Positions 1-12,949 of a DNA stretch of 64,000 nt are shown piece after piece (the first letter of the stretch is position 1; every line of letters starts with the position of its first letter). The notes under the pieces were generated by a model. It made no database searches. It was not told the origin of the DNA and worked only from the letters and a program-made list of their open reading frames with translations. Source of the stretch: Octopus vulgaris. Taxonomy: Eukaryota. The translations under genes were made by a program, and so were the position numbers. The stretch spans positions 86,552,001 through 86,616,000 of the forward strand of contig OX597825.1 of NCBI GenBank assembly GCA_951406725.2. The letters run 5' to 3'.

Positions 1-1810
1 ACCCAATCGAAATCTTGGAAACCATTTCTGACACACGTTCCATAACAGCATCCTCCCCAGAAACAAAACATATCTTCCTGCTGGCTCCCTCCACTTTCTT
101 GCCTTTTTTAAAATGAAAAAAAAGTACAATGTTCATTTTGGTTCTTGATCTTCAGGGTGAACCCAAGCACAAAAAATACAATTGTTACAAGTTTGCACTG
201 AACTATGTTGATGTGTGAAGTATCTAATGAGTGTGCGTGTGGAAGGGAGAGACTGAAGTTGGCTGCTTATTAGAGGGCTTGAAGTTTAGTGTCAACATAA
301 ACCAAACAGACTTTTTGTTAAACTCAATGATTCCAACTTCTGGAGGTGTAGCCTATAAACTGGTAACTGCCTTATACACCATAACAGTAGTTGTCAAGTT
401 CTATATAGAGATCATAATCTCCTTAAATTCATCTACTCAGATTATCAAAGATTATTCTTGCAACCTCATCATCAATAATTGTGTTCTGTGATTGGTGATT
501 TACCAGATATTGAAAGTGCTCAATATTTTCCATGTCTCACCAAGTCTCCCAAATAGCAGGTTCCTACTTGTTGATGAAGCAAGACACCTTTTTAGTTTTA
601 ACTAAAGTTGGCCGTTAAGCACTTACTGTTGTGCATATTGTGTATTCATATTGATGGGGTCTTCCCTCTGACATGAAGTCAGTCTCAGTTGAATGACTTA
701 CCATCTGATTGATAAATAAATACGTTGAGTAAAACAGGATATTCAGGAGTATTGTATTGAAGTAAAAGGGAATATCTGATGTAAAATGACTGTGGCTGAC
801 AATTCTCTAAGATTAAAACTCTTTGGCAACGGCTCCTGGTTAACAAATTTCAGCTAAGTCTATATCTGAAAAGAGGACCATTTTCTATGTGTGGCAGTAG
901 AAATATTGTTTCTCATTTTAAAATGTGGTTACTCCAATGATATTTGTAGATTAGTCAAGCAACTGAATTTCTGTGGTGGCTTTGAAATGGTCATGAAATG
1001 AAAAATAAGTCAGTGGAATGTTTGAATGAAATGCTGTGAAATGGCAGACTGTGACAAGGTGTTTATTTTCATGGTGTAGCAGTGTGGCAAGAAGTTTATT
1101 TTGGTCAGGTTCTCAACAGCTTCACTTTCCTTAAAGAAAATATCTTTTGACTGGGATTTGTTGTGAGAATTTGAGAAAGTTGTGAGACCTTAGAGGACAA
1201 AAATTAATCAATGATGTCGAGAGTGGATTTTTTTTTTTAAACAGACCTAATGTGAAAAGAAAAAAAAAACTGATTTGGATTGAAGAACAATGTAATAATG
1301 TTTATATTGGTTGTTGTTGTTGTGATGGTGATGGTGGTGGTGGTTTGTGATATTTAGATCATTCCACAGTCTTTGTTATTCTGAATCCATTCTACTAATA
1401 TTGTTTATAGAATATTGATTTCTTTGGATAAACTTGAAAGCCAATTCTTGTCGGTTGGTGGTGCAAGTCTACAGTTGATTGGTCCAGTATCAGTGTATTA
1501 CTGATAATTATTTTTTATTGACCTCAGAAAGATGGCAATGTTTGTGGTTGTAATAGCAGCAGCAGCAGTAGTAGTAGTAGTAGTAGTAAGAGTACATGCA
1601 GTGAAACTCTGCTAATTCCGACACTGCCAGTCTCAGTATATTACTTATGCTATTGATTAGGGACATATTTTGTAGGAGGTGGGTGTAATTGATTAAACTT
1701 AATTGATTAAACTAACTAATTAGTGATGTTTATGTTCGATGAAAGGTGGGCAAGTGAACATGGAATTTTAACTTTGGAACAGTGAAGCAGTGAATGTAAA
1801 ATGTCTATTC

Positions 1811-2020
1811 TAGTGGTTCTCAACCAGGGTCTGGATGGCCCCTGTGGGTCTACATAAGATTTTATTGTTAAAATTTGTGTGCAATAAAACTGGTTACGCT
1901 TCTCCAATACACAAAATATTTTAAGAATTTTTTAATAACACTTCCTAATAATAGGATTTTTTAAACACAGAATGACTAGGAGGGTCCAGTAAGGGGAAAA
2001 TAGGAATCAAATCTGGTCTT
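1811..2020 (+). mobile_element. Degenerate hAT-Charlie-like MITE fragment
   Basis: Starts with (C>T)AGTGGTTCTCAACCAGGG, a Charlie-type terminus; right end not recognisable. Confidence 0.45.
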
Positions 2021-2355
2021 TTCTAATGTTATGGGCCATTTTGTGTAATGGGATTTCTATTTGTCAGACACAAAATAAATTTTTGCAGGGGTGATTGAAT
2101 ATTTTTTTAGGAGTTGTTTTAGTAAAGTCACAGATTTGAAGGGTAAAATTAATAGTGATGTGATTTGAACCTGGAATGGGAGGCATCTAATCATTGTCTA
2201 CTGTTTGTGTCAACTTACATTCCTAAACTGCACAAAACCAAAATAACGGAATCAACTCTGACACGTAATGGATGCTAAATCCATTGATTAAGGAACGATG
2301 AAAAGGATTTGAACTCAATGCTGAAGTAAATACTAAAAGACATCTTATAGAACTG

Positions 2356-2939
2356 TCATCATCATCATCATCATCACCACCATCATCACCACCATCATCA
2401 TCACCACCATCATCACCACCATCATCACCACCATCATCACCATCATCACCACCATCATCATCACCATCATCACCATCATCATCATCACCATCATCACCAC
2501 CATCATCATCACCATCATCACCATCATCATCATCACCATCATCACCACCATCATCATCACCATCATCATCATCACCATCATCATCACCATCATCACCACC
2601 ATCATCATCACCATCATCACCACCATCATCATCACCACCATCATCACCACCATCATCACCACCATCATCACCATCATCACCACCATCATCATCACCACCA
2701 TCATCATCACCATCATCATCATCACCATCATCACCACCATCATCATCACCATCATCACCATCATCATCATCACCATCATCATCACCATCATCACCACCAT
2801 CATCATCACCATCATCACCACCATCATCATCACCACCATCATCACCACCATCATCACCACCATCATCACCATCATCACCACCATCATCATCACACCATCA
2901 TCACCACCATCATCATCACCATCATCATCATCATCATCA
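2356..2939. repeat. Long compound (CAT/CAC)n microsatellite (584 bp)
   Basis: Continuous CAT/CAC triplets adjoining the tail end of a - strand (GAT)n-tailed retroposon. Confidence 0.97.
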
Positions 2940-3774
2940 ATTAATGTCTGTTTTCCATGCTGGTATGGGTTGCATGGCTTGACAGGCGCTGGTGAGGCCA
3001 GGGGCTGCACCAGGTTCCAGTTGTCAGTGTAGGCATAGGCTTCCATGGCTGGATACCCTTCATAAAGCCCAAACCACTTTACAAGTTTACTGGGTGCTTT
3101 ATATGTGGCACTGGCATGGGTGCTTTTTATGTGACACCAACACAAGTATGTTTTCCATGGCACCAGCACCCTTGAACCTGTAAGACAAGGATCTCTCAGT
3201 GGATGGCATGGTTAGAAGGGACATATCTTTATGTATGACCTCAATTTTACGTAGCTTAATGTGTCTTCTCAAGTATAGCAAATCACCAGAAGTTTTGTGG
3301 ACACCCTGTATAATGTCTTACTAATGTGTATCTAGTTGTGTAGTCACACGATGTAGTCATATTTGTTGGGGAGAACTTACTTGGTCAAAGCTAGGTGAAG
3401 ATATTTGTAGTTATCCCTTGAGACAGACTGAGCAGTCTGTTAATCAGAAATAGACAAATGGCTTGTAAAAAAAAGGGACAGACATTTGTAGTACTAAACT
3501 AAAAGCTTAATTTTTACATAAAATCAGTAAGGAGTTGCTGAGGTTAGTCCCTGGCATCTCTGCTTGAGCTGACCTATCCATTTATAGGAGTTGGTTGAAC
3601 AAAAGATTGTTGTTCTAGGGAAGTTGTTGAAGGAAACTTTAAGGAGAATTTTCTCTGCTACAGTGATTCTTTATGTTGAGGTGCTTTTATTTAATTTAAT
3701 GATGGAAAATTGGCTCCATTAATTTTCATCAAATATATTCACTAACGCCAATTTTCTAATATGAGTGTATGCGT

Positions 3775-3925
3775 GTGCTTATGTGGTAAGAAGTTTACTT
3801 CTCAACCTCATTATTCTGGGTTCAGTCCCACTCTGTGATGCCTTTGACAAGTGTCTTCTTCTATAGCCTCAGGCTAACCAAAGCCTTGTGAGTGGATTTG
3901 GTAGATGGAAATTGGAAGAAGCCCA
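3775..3925 (+). repeat. tRNA-derived CORE-like SINE head; other copies at about 11590-11700(-), 23450-23570(-), 26800-26890(+), 50740-50890(-), 52770-52940(+), 60680-60830(-) and 63260-63410(+)
   Basis: gtggtaagaag..gggttcagtcccact..caagtgtcttc..tatagcc..ccaaagccttgtgagtggatttggtaga..gaagccc, followed by (TG)n. Confidence 0.75.
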
Positions 3926-4574
3926 CTGTGTGTGTGTGTGTGTGTATATACACACACATTATATTTTGCACATTACTTAATCATTGTTATATGTTTTATC
4001 TTATATTTAATCTTTCTATAAGATGTAATTTTCTAGATGGTATAATTTAATTTTTCATTATTGAATTTATGAAAGGTGTTTTTTTCTAATTTATATATGT
4101 ATATATATTCCTTGTGTACCGGCTGTCCCCTGCTTCCCTATCCAACCGAGTATTCTTAACCCATGCTGGTGCCATATAAAAAGCATCCAGTTCACTCTGT
4201 AAAGTGGTTGGCATTAAGAAGAACATCCAGTCATAGAAACCCTGCCAAAACAGACATAGAGCCTGGCTAGCTTTTCAGTTGGCCAGCTTCTCTCAAACCA
4301 TCCAACCCATGCCAGCTTGCAAAACAGATGTTAAATGCTGCTGCTGATGATGATGATATCAATGTGTGTGTCTTTGTCCCTCATCACTGCTTAATAACCG
4401 ATATTGGTGTGTTTACATCCCTGTAACTTAGTGGTTTGGTAAAAGAGAATGATAGAATAAGTATCGGGCTTAAAAAAATTAAAAGAAAAGTCCCGGAGTT
4501 GATTTGTTTGACTAAAATTCTTCTAGGTGGTGCCCCAGCATGGCCACAGTTTAATGACTGAAACAAGTGTCTGT

Positions 4575-5310
4575 TTAAATTCTACCAAGGTTGACTCCAC
4601 CTTTGGGGTCGATAAGTACCAGTTGAATACTGGGGTTGATGTAAATTGACTTACCCCCTCCCCACAAATTCCAGACCTTGAAGGATTATTATTTTTATTA
4701 TTATCATTGGTTTCATTTCAAATTTTTGCACAAGGTCAGCAAGTTTAGGGGGTGGGTTTAGTCGATTACATTGACCTCAGTGCTCAACCAGTACATTGAC
4801 CCTGAAAGGATGAAGGGCAAAGTCGACCTTGGTGAAATTTGAACTCAAAACATAAAAGACAGACGAAATACTGCTAAGCATCTTGCCCGGCATGCTAACG
4901 ATTCTGCCAGCTTGCTACATTATTATTAATCTTATTAAAGTGGTGAACTGGCAGAATCGTTAGCATGCTGGGCAAAATGCTCAGCAGTATTTCATCTGAC
5001 TTTATGTTTTGAGTTCAAATTCCACTGAGGTTGACTTTGCCTTTCATCCTTTCAGGGTTGATAAATTAAGTACCAGTTGCGTACTGGGGTCAATCTAATT
5101 GACTGGCCCCCTTCCCCCAACATTTTGGGCCTTGTCCCTAGAGTAGAAAAGATTATTATTTATTATTATCATTATTAAGGGAGTGAGCTGGCAAAATTGT
5201 TAGCACACTGGATGAAATGCCTAGTGGCACTTTGTCCGTCTTTACATTCTGAGTTCAAATTCTGCTGAGGTTGACTTTGCCTTTCATTCTTTCGGGGTCA
5301 ATAAAGTAAG
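4575..5310. repeat. Cluster of four Nin-domain-type SINE copies (+ partial, -, +, + truncated)
   Basis: Repeated gagctggcagaatcgttagca..gagttcaaattc..gactttgcctttcatcctttc..ggggtcgataaa..aagtaccagtt units separated by (ATT)n. Confidence 0.85.
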
Positions 5311-6169
5311 AATGGAGGCTTCATAAGAGGCCACTGAGAAAGATAGTTATATAGTGTTGCTATTTATTAAGATTAGTAAAGATGTGTTGTTTTGTAGAGA
5401 AATAACCAGTGAAGCGATACATACCTGACACGGTTAAAGATTGTGATCAACAATGAGGAATTATGAGATATTGAGAATTCGATGTGTATTAGCTGAGGGG
5501 AAGCAAGTTGTGGAGGGAATTGTGATATGTAATAAGCCCAGCTTGGGGTGTTCAAAGATCAGCTTGCTTTTGTTGGTGTTTATATATGTTAGAATAGTTT
5601 TGTTTGGCTGTGAAAGGCAGGGATGAGAGTTACTGATATAAATTGAATGAAACAAGATAGGTGAAGGATATACAATTGTTGTCTGAAATAAATTGATTTG
5701 TGTATCTGATGGCAAACAGACACCAGGACATTGATTATCATGATAATATAAACATTAGTCTAGAATACTGAACACAAAAACAGGAGCAGCAGGGGAGGGG
5801 GGGGAGTGTCCTGGTTAGGCTTTCATGAAAAGCTAGATGTACTACATAAAAACTTTGCATAACAGGAAAAAAATTAGTAATGGGAATTAGTGAATCATAA
5901 TATTTTTAAGGACAATGTTAACAAAAATATCCAAACAGGTGGTAATTGTGTGTGTGTGTGTGTGTATGCATTGTAGGAGTTTATGTGCATATAATGACTG
6001 GTGAATTGATCTCATCTTTCCAGTTTCTATTTGTAATTACTTTCCATGATTATCTTTCACCATTATATTCCGACAGATATAACATATCATTAGCTCTTAT
6101 AATACTGCATATACATCTTTAACCATTATATTGCTACATATAATATATATATATATATATATAGCCATT

Positions 6170-6249
6170 TATAATGGTTGTATACTGTCAACTTAACGTG
6201 ACAGTAGGGGATTACACCACCGTTAAGTTGACAGTATACAACCATTATA
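6170..6249. repeat. Perfect 29-bp inverted repeat with a 22-nt spacer
   Basis: TATAATGGTTGTATACTGTCAACTTAACG (6170-6198) and its exact reverse complement (6221-6249). Confidence 0.95.
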
Positions 6250-6589
6250 TCGCCCCACCACCGTACATATCTCTATGAGATATTTAGAAATTTAATATTT
6301 CTGATTTATATAGCCATTATATTCCTCAATATATATCTTTAACCATTACATTCTTGGAACTCACAAAACTTATTCCTGTTAGTATTTCAATACTTAATCA
6401 CTTGGCCGTAGTTCACTCGACAATCTGAGCCAACTGTTACAAGATAGTCACAGTATTCAAAGCAATTAGAAGAGCTTTGTTGCACTGACTCTGGACAATA
6501 CCTTCTTCCCAGTGGTAGCACAATATGGTATTAGCACTGCGTACTTACTGTCTCTCCAATAACACTGTATGATGCCATGGCACCCTGCA

Positions 6590-7005
6590 GACAAAGCACC
6601 AGTGCTGATTTGACCTAAAAGCCATCCATGCTGGCACCACATAGAAGGCACCTTTGCTTCCATGCTGGCAACATGTAAGAAGCACCTGTACTGGTGCCAC
6701 ATAAAAAGTACCCATGTTGGTAACATGTCAAAAGGACCCATGTTGGTGTCATGTAAAAACCCACCTGTGATGGCACCATGTAAAAAGCAGCCATACTGGT
6801 GTGATGTAAGAAAAGCTTCCATATTATTACCATGCAAAAAGTACCCAGTACACTCTGTAAAGGGGTTGGCATTAGGAAGGGCATCCAGCTGTAGAAGCCA
6901 TGCCAAAACAGAAGACTGGAGCCAGGTGCAGCCCTCTGGTTTGCCAGCTCCTGTCAAACCATTCAACCCGTGTTAGCTTGGAAAACAGATGTTTGATGCT
7001 GATGA
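6590..7005 (+). repeat. (GAT)n-tailed retroposon family with an internal tandem array of about 28 bp; other copies at about 2940-3290(-), 4160-4355(+), 13890-14095(-), 15225-15510(+), 21010-21110(-), 28090-28300(+), 42470-42750(+) and 63500-63680(+)
   Basis: Repeated ccatgctggtgccatgtaaaaagcac units followed by ggttggcattaggaagggcatccagctgtagaa. Confidence 0.8.
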
Positions 7006-7117
7006 CTGCCATATGATCAATCCCACGACACAGTATTAACACTGTATACTGCTGTGGCACAATAACAGTATAGTGTTTATTGCTGAGTTAGCACTAACAC
7101 TATATTATGGTCAACTG

Positions 7118-7412
7118 TAGTGGAACGTTGGTTTACAAGTGCCTCTCATGAACAAATCAGTTTATGGAACACTTATTCAAACATAAAATGTCTCAGGTGA
7201 CAAATGTTGTCTCTTGTACTGAACATGTAATCCAGCAACAACCGTTGGCAACAAGCTGGGAGTATCAGCTTCTGCTTAGTGCACATCCCTGCTTGAATTC
7301 ACTGTGCCCTCTCTTGAATTTCCTATGAGAAAAACAAGTTTTGGTTTACACACATTTTGGGTGATGAACAGCCTTCAGGAACAAATTAAATTCGTAATCT
7401 GAGATTCCACTG
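7118..7412. mobile_element. Tigger/pogo-like MITE
   Basis: Degenerate TIRs tAGTGGAACGTTGGTTTACAA and reverse complement CAGTGGAATCTCAGATTACGAA; TA at 7413-7414. Confidence 0.65.
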
Positions 7413-7799
7413 TATACATTGCTGTCCCAGTAATAGTCTTGTATAATTAGTTGTGTACTTTCTAGTTATTTCTATTCCACATTGCTCTCTACAATCAACC
7501 ACTCCAGATATGAATTTTAGTTATGGAATTTCTCTTTTACTCTTTCTCCTACATATCTAGACATAGACATTTTTTCGTTGTATTGTAAAATAATGTTTAA
7601 AACTGTTCACACATGCATGCACATACGCACACATGCATGCACATACGCACACATGCACACAAAATGTTAAGTGGCCAGAAGAACATTCCATTTGGTACTA
7701 ATAATATTTTGCTTCAAAAACTTAAGTACATACTCAGTCGTAATATTATGTTTTGTACACGACCATAATATGGAAATATAGAATGATGTTGACTATTTA

Positions 7800-8180
7800 C
7801 AAATAGTCTTAGTTCCATGGTGATCGTTTCTTTATTTCGATTACCAATATTTGTTCTGTGTTGACCTGTTCTTTATTTGTTATCAACTGCTGATGTTTTT
7901 GATATTTTTGATTGGTCCATCAACCCAGCTCATATCAACTTCTTGATCCTCTCTTTATTTGAAAAGTCATGTATAGGGAAAATCTTTAATTTCCATCTAT
8001 CATCCTTTTCCAATGCGACAAAAGTTTCTTTTATCAATATATACAGTATTATACTCCTCGTTTTCCAGATATTCTAAACATCTCTGTTCTTAAATTATTC
8101 TATCACTATTCTCCGCCTTTACTATATTCACCAATTACATACCATTTTCATTTGTTTTTATCTTTTTCCTGTCCTTGTTT
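7800..8180 (-). mobile_element. Possible highly decayed Penelope-like retroelement fragment
   Basis: The - strand gives IKETFVALEKDDRWKLKIFPIHDFSNKERIKKLI, reminiscent of the linker between the RT and GIY-YIG domains; weak. Confidence 0.25.
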
Positions 8181-8188
8181 TTAATCTA

Positions 8189-9040
8189 TTGGGTTGGCAA
8201 CTAAGTTCCCACCGTTTTTTTAAATTTAAATTTTTTAAAAGGTTTAATAAAAGGTAACAACTAATTAATCAATAATGTATACACTCTTGTTGTTTACAAC
8301 TTCTTCACAATGTTCAACAAGATTTTCAATACCTTGTTGGTAAAAATCACCCAATTTTGACTCGAAAAATTGATCCAACCAAGCTCTCAATTCTGCATCA
8401 GTATTGAATGAAATTCCGTGCATAGCATTTGAAAGAGATTGAAAGTGGTGGAAATTCGTTGGTGCCAAATCAGGAGAGTACGGCGGATGTGGCAGCACTT
8501 CCCAGCCATGCGTTTGAATGGCCTCCTTGGTCATATTGGCATGAATGGCTTCCTTGGTCATATTGAGTGAAGATGCTTCTCTATAGCAGTGTGGGAGCAT
8601 TCCATTTTCTCTGCCAGTTCCCTTGTCGTTTGATGAGAATTTTTGTGCAAAAGTTGGTTTGATCGCTCTTCATCGAACTCAACTGGACAGCCAGAATGAG
8701 GTGCATCTTTGAGGTCAAAATTTACAGTTTTGAACTTGGCATACCAATCATGAGCAGTTCTTTCAGCTATGGCACCCTCTCCATACACAATGTCGGGAGC
8801 AGCTTTTGCGGCCTTAGAACCTTGATTAAAAGCAAAAAGAAGGTGTCGAAAATGCTCGTTTTTCTTAACTTGACATTCCATTTTAATGATCTGAAAATAA
8901 ATAAAAATTAACTAAAATTAAATAGAAAAAAACAAAAACAAAATAGATTCCAAAATGATTCAAAAATAGAATTCTCGAAAAAATAGATTCCAAAATTTAA
9001 AAACGCAAAAATAACGGTGTGAACTTAGTTGCCAACCCAA
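8189..9040 (-). mobile_element. Mariner DNA transposon, internally deleted (852 bp)
   Basis: 28-bp TIRs TTGGGTTGGCAACTAAGTTC(C/A)CACCGTT at 8189-8216 and 9013-9040; TA target duplications at 8187-8188 and 9041-9042; transposase remnants inside. Confidence 0.95.
8265..8881 (-). pseudogene. Mariner transposase pseudogene: N-terminal HTH domain joined out of frame to the C-terminal YSPDLAP segment
   Basis: ORF 8558-8881 reads HFRHLLFAFNQG..W..KFK..FDLKDAPHSGCP..TTRELAEKM. ORF 8265-8600 reads WEVLPHPPYSPDLAPTNFH. WVPHEL and the first two catalytic Asp regions are missing and the third Asp reads Asn. Confidence 0.92.
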
Positions 9041-12000
9041 TAGAAGCACTCATCTCTCTGCTTTTTCTTTTTCTTTCACTGACGATACCTTCCTGTTCTC
9101 CTTTGCTGTTCAGCCTCTCTTCACATTCCACTGATATCACATACTGACCTACAGAACCCTTGTTCCAACTTGATATTGACTTAGAAATAAATGTTTTACA
9201 TGATATTCAGAGAAGATGGTCATGGCTGTCTATTCTTGTGATGTGTGCAGGTTGTCTGTTGCATATGGCTTGGTATCTGTGGGTAAAAATGTAGTTGGAA
9301 AAGGAATAGCAGAGGGTTGGGGGACAGAGATCCAGTGTTGGTTCTTGAAGGGGTGACTTTCTCCTTTTGGCTGTGAAATATTCACTATTTCCTTTCTGTA
9401 ATTGGTTTCAATGGAGAATTGATCTTTTACCAAGATTTATGCTAACAACACCATTTCTAGTTTTTCCTTCCATGTAAACATACTTACTAACTGTTTTTCG
9501 TCTCACTTTTCTCTCTCGGCCATTTTACTTTTATTTTCCAATAAGTATTGTAGCTAAGTATTAGACAACTAACGAGACGGTGGTTCATGTTGTAAAGGCA
9601 GTGATATACATATAAGTACTTGAGTTATGTCACTAAATCATGAAATACAATCAGTGCTTTAAGACTCTCCTTGTACTTAATACAGTGTCCACACATATGA
9701 ACATAAGTAATGAACACAAAAATAGTTTCCATGCATAACGAGCACCCTTTCTGAGAGTTCTTCACTTATGGCAACTCTCATTTCCATTCACAATTTTATT
9801 ATACAAATTTGTTCTCTGCAATATGCTGTTCAATAAAATCTCTGTGTAGTTAATTTACTTTGAAACACATCTGTTTCTTTATTTAGAATTTACTCATTGT
9901 AACATTAATTTAACATTAATTTACCAACACTTAGAAGTTCATTTCTATTGCATGCTCGATTTGTAAAGGAAAATCATAAGAGATGATTGTAATAGAAGGT
10001 GGTATTTTGTGCTAAAAGTTTGTACCTACCAAAGATATAAGTTTGTTCTCCTTTGCATTTAAAGCTTGAAGATAATGTTACTAAAATCATTGCAGCTGTA
10101 TTTTAAAACTTCTTAATAACTTATAATATTTTCCTGAAATAAAGTTTACTCCCTCAGAATCACATTTTCCTTGGCTGAAATTATTGCTGGACCTCCAGTC
10201 CCTTTAAATGAACCATATCTTCATCAAATAATATTCATGCCAATCAACTGGGATGTCGTTGTATAGGTCGTTAACATTACATACAAAACTCACTCTGTAT
10301 GAAATGTTGTGAAGGCAAATTCTTTTTCCTGTTGCTTCTAACGACACACTTAACACAATTATAATTAAACACACACCCTTCCTTACACAAGTACACACTC
10401 TCCAACATACAGACCTTCTCCCTCATATACATACACATGATTTCATAACAGAAAAATACGAGCCACTTTCTGTTACAAATATTTTAACTTCCTTTTTGTT
10501 AATTTTGAAGGCTTGGATTTTTAAGAAAGTTTTTTATTAAAAAAATTTTTTTTATTTATCTATGAAATGAAGGCATTTAAATAATTTGAATTTCAATCCC
10601 AAATCAAAGAATCCATGCCTTATGTTTACCCTTTTGTTGTCTTGTTTTTCTGCTAATGATAAAAAACTTGCATTGACAACATGAATATATTTTTGCATCC
10701 ATCAGTGAGTCAGTGAGAGAGTCTCTGTGTATTTGGTTGGTCAGCTAGAAATAGTAGCTAAATTCCTGTAAACCACACTCTCTCACACATGCTTGTAAAA
10801 TGATACTCCAGTCATAACTGGGGCATCTTTCTTCACAGGCCTCCTTTGAACCTGAAATTAAATGAGTATAAAATAGAATTTTAATTATGTTTCTTTGAAA
10901 ATTTTAATTCCGTTTGAAATTATGACAGTTTTTAAGAAAGCTTCTTCTGTTTATGGTCATTGCTGATGTAATGGGGATCATCAATTTATATGTGGTCCAA
11001 ATTTTGGTTGGGGTACTGTTGAGTTTCTTTCTTCATTGTGTCTTCAGCATTGGTAACAGACACCAAACATCAGAAAAGGCAGAATAGATTTAACATACCC
11101 TAGTAATTCCATTTTGATGGTTGTGAGATGGAGGAGGATGTCAAACTGCTGTAAAAATATTCTACTGTTCTCTAAATATTTGGTAGTTATTTTTTATGCC
11201 TTTCTCCAAGATGGAATTGATTGCAAAATACAATTGCTTGACTGAAATCTTGTCCACAGACTTTTGCTGTCCTCATATCTTAGTTGAGATTCTATCTTTT
11301 GTGCATTTCCATTCTAATTCTTTGACTATTTTGTTTTCATCGCTTCGTTAGAAGAAGTAGAAGAAGAAGAAGAACAGTTCTGTTGTTGTTGTTTTAGAGC
11401 CTCTGAGAGTGGCAGTCACTCCCATTTCTGATGGTTGCAGTTGGAGGAAGTGCTGTATCTTCAAACCAGATACCTGGTTTCAATGTTGGTGAAACAGTGG
11501 ACTCTTCAAAAGTAATCAAAGGTGTGGAGGTGGAACTTGGGGTGACACATGAAGTCTAAAGCTACAGTCCATATGATAGGATTTTAGACAGTTTCCATCT
11601 ACTCAATTCCATTTACAAGATATTGGTTAACCTAAAACAATGGCAGCAGAAACTTGCCCCAAATTCTGTGTAGTGGGATTTAATCTAGAATCACATGCTT
11701 TCTCTATCCTTGGTGTCTAAAATTCATGTTTTATTGTAGCTTTCACAGTTATTGGTATTTTATTCCTATAAAATAGCTAAAGACTTACAAGATTATATTA
11801 TTTAGTACAATTATGGTCTTTATTCAAATTCATTTCCTTCTACTGGCATCTCTCTTCTATTGTTCTCTATCTAAAACAAACTATTTTTCCCTCTATTATA
11901 ATGTGATATAATATAATATTACTAAATCATCAATCCATGCTCAGTGGACTGTTTTTAAATGAGGTGTTGCAGTATTATCTCTTTTATGATAATAATACAT

Positions 12001-12867
12001 TGGTCGTGATATTACTAACATGAAAATAAATTTCTAAAAATTCTAAAATCAAATCAAAATATTTAAGATATATATTGAGACTGCTGTGGGGGAAAAAAAT
12101 TTAGTTGAAAAATCCCATTTAAAGCATAATAACATTTAGTAGTGTAATGTAATATATTACGAGTTGTGTTACGTAAGGTCTGTGATGGCTTGGATCAATA
12201 ACATTGATGAATCTAGTGCAGCAATGCAAGGAAAACTGGAGAGTGGATTGTAGTTTGATTAAATAGAATGGAGAGGTTGGTAAAAGGACTCGAATAATAA
12301 TGGGGTGGGGGGTAGTTAGGAAAATATTAAGCAAATTGGATGGGATGAGACTCATACTAAAGAGCTTGAATGTTTGATAGAATCATAAATACTAATTTGC
12401 TCTCTGTTATATTCCACAGAGCATCAAATAACAGAGTAAATCGGTAAAAACCTGCCTTTAACTGATATCTTGTAAATGGTGGCAAGAAATTCTAAATCTA
12501 TCAAAAATCCAGTTTTTTGTGGGAAGAATTGTGTGTGAGATGAGGTGACAGTGATAGGGCAACCCCATCACTAACAGAATGGAAAGATCTAGAGACAGAA
12601 CCTTTACATTTCATGGCCGTATGTAAAAGGGACTTAAAATTCAAATCTTAGGCACTGTCTTCTGACAATGGTTAGTACCACTGGCATTTTGTTTATTTCG
12701 ATATCTTTGACAGACAACAGAGTAAGGTCACAGCTCATCACTAGTCTTGTATTCTTCAACTTCACTTGCACTTTTCCAACAAACCTGTCATTTCTTCAAA
12801 GAAGATCCACCCCCCACCAGATGTCAGAACTCACCTCCCTCATACTTTTTTTTTTATTTAATGTGTA

Positions 12868-12926
<59 letters not shown>

Positions 12927-12948
12927 ATAATAATAATAATAATAATGA
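12868..12948. repeat. (ACT)n(AAT)n compound microsatellite
   Basis: Directly visible. Confidence 0.95.
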
Positions 12949-12949
12949 T

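Noticed and set aside
230-700. Possible decayed LINE endonuclease on the - strand (also 37770-38290 and 5310-5750)
   Set aside because: Only faint motif resemblance with many stops; cannot be supported without a profile search.
2345-3169. 274-aa ORF rich in Met/Val/Asp
   Set aside because: It is the translation of the CAT/CAC microsatellite plus a retroposon; no protein features.
6620-6845. Regularly spaced repeats of about 28 bp (also 46060-46290) resembling a CRISPR array
   Set aside because: Degenerate tandem units without unique spacers, inside a eukaryotic retroposon, with no cas genes.
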